Assembly (NCBI RefSeq): GCF_963921235.1
Contig: NC_086118.1
Span: 20,958,001 to 21,022,000, forward strand
DNA from: Mobula hypostoma
Lineage: Eukaryota
Reading direction: 5' to 3'
DNA length: 64,000 bases
Shown: piece by piece, positions 63,945-64,000 of the stretch
How positions within the stretch are numbered: position 1 is the first letter of the stretch
Layout of the letters: every line of letters begins with the position of its first letter
Notes under the pieces: generated by a model
Databases searched by the model: none
Seen by the model: the letters and a program-made list of their open reading frames with translations, nothing else
Told to the model about the DNA's origin: nothing
Position numbers and translations under genes: made by a program

Positions 63945-64000
63945 ATGGAGGCTGAGGAATTTATAAAGGCGCCGACCTTGGAGGCATTAGAGGATGCCAG
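63945..64000 (+). CDS. Start of Gypsy gag (MEAEEFIKAPTLEALEDA...), runs off the window
   Basis: ATG in good context downstream of the PBS. Resembles N-termini of fish Gypsy gag proteins, but only 18 codons are visible. Confidence 0.5.
   Translation, partial: MEAEEFIKAPTLEALEDA

Overview
Eukaryotic, repeat-dense vertebrate genomic DNA. The repeat families (CR1, Rex1/Babar, Penelope, HE1-like V-SINEs) suggest a cartilaginous fish, probably a ray; this is inference. The only host gene I can support is the 3' end of TBCD (tubulin-specific chaperone D) on the + strand. It has five short GT-AG coding exons (183-260, 4466-4555, 13439-13526, 16391-16500, 24291-24375) that splice in frame, plus a probable terminal exon at 25502-25522; none is in the ORF track. 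The rest is intron or intergenic DNA filled with decayed transposable elements: a full-length IR/DR Tc1 (DD34E), a deleted Tigger/pogo element with a large internal hairpin, many CR1 and Rex1-like LINE pieces, a Crack/Daphne-like LINE, a HERO-type RLE fragment, tRNA-derived SINEs, hAT-like MITE ends and a Gypsy 5' LTR with PBS and gag start. The most notable signals are (i) several Penelope-like copies carrying minimal hammerhead-ribozyme motifs, one in an inverted, TSD-flanked arrangement, (ii) a near-perfect 121-bp-arm palindrome at 31433-31732 that is not explained by a known element, and (iii) one tRNA-SINE head joined to different tails. Most ORF-track entries are TE debris or spurious. 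TE boundaries are approximate unless TSDs or TIRs are given. Family names come from recognised motifs, not database searches.
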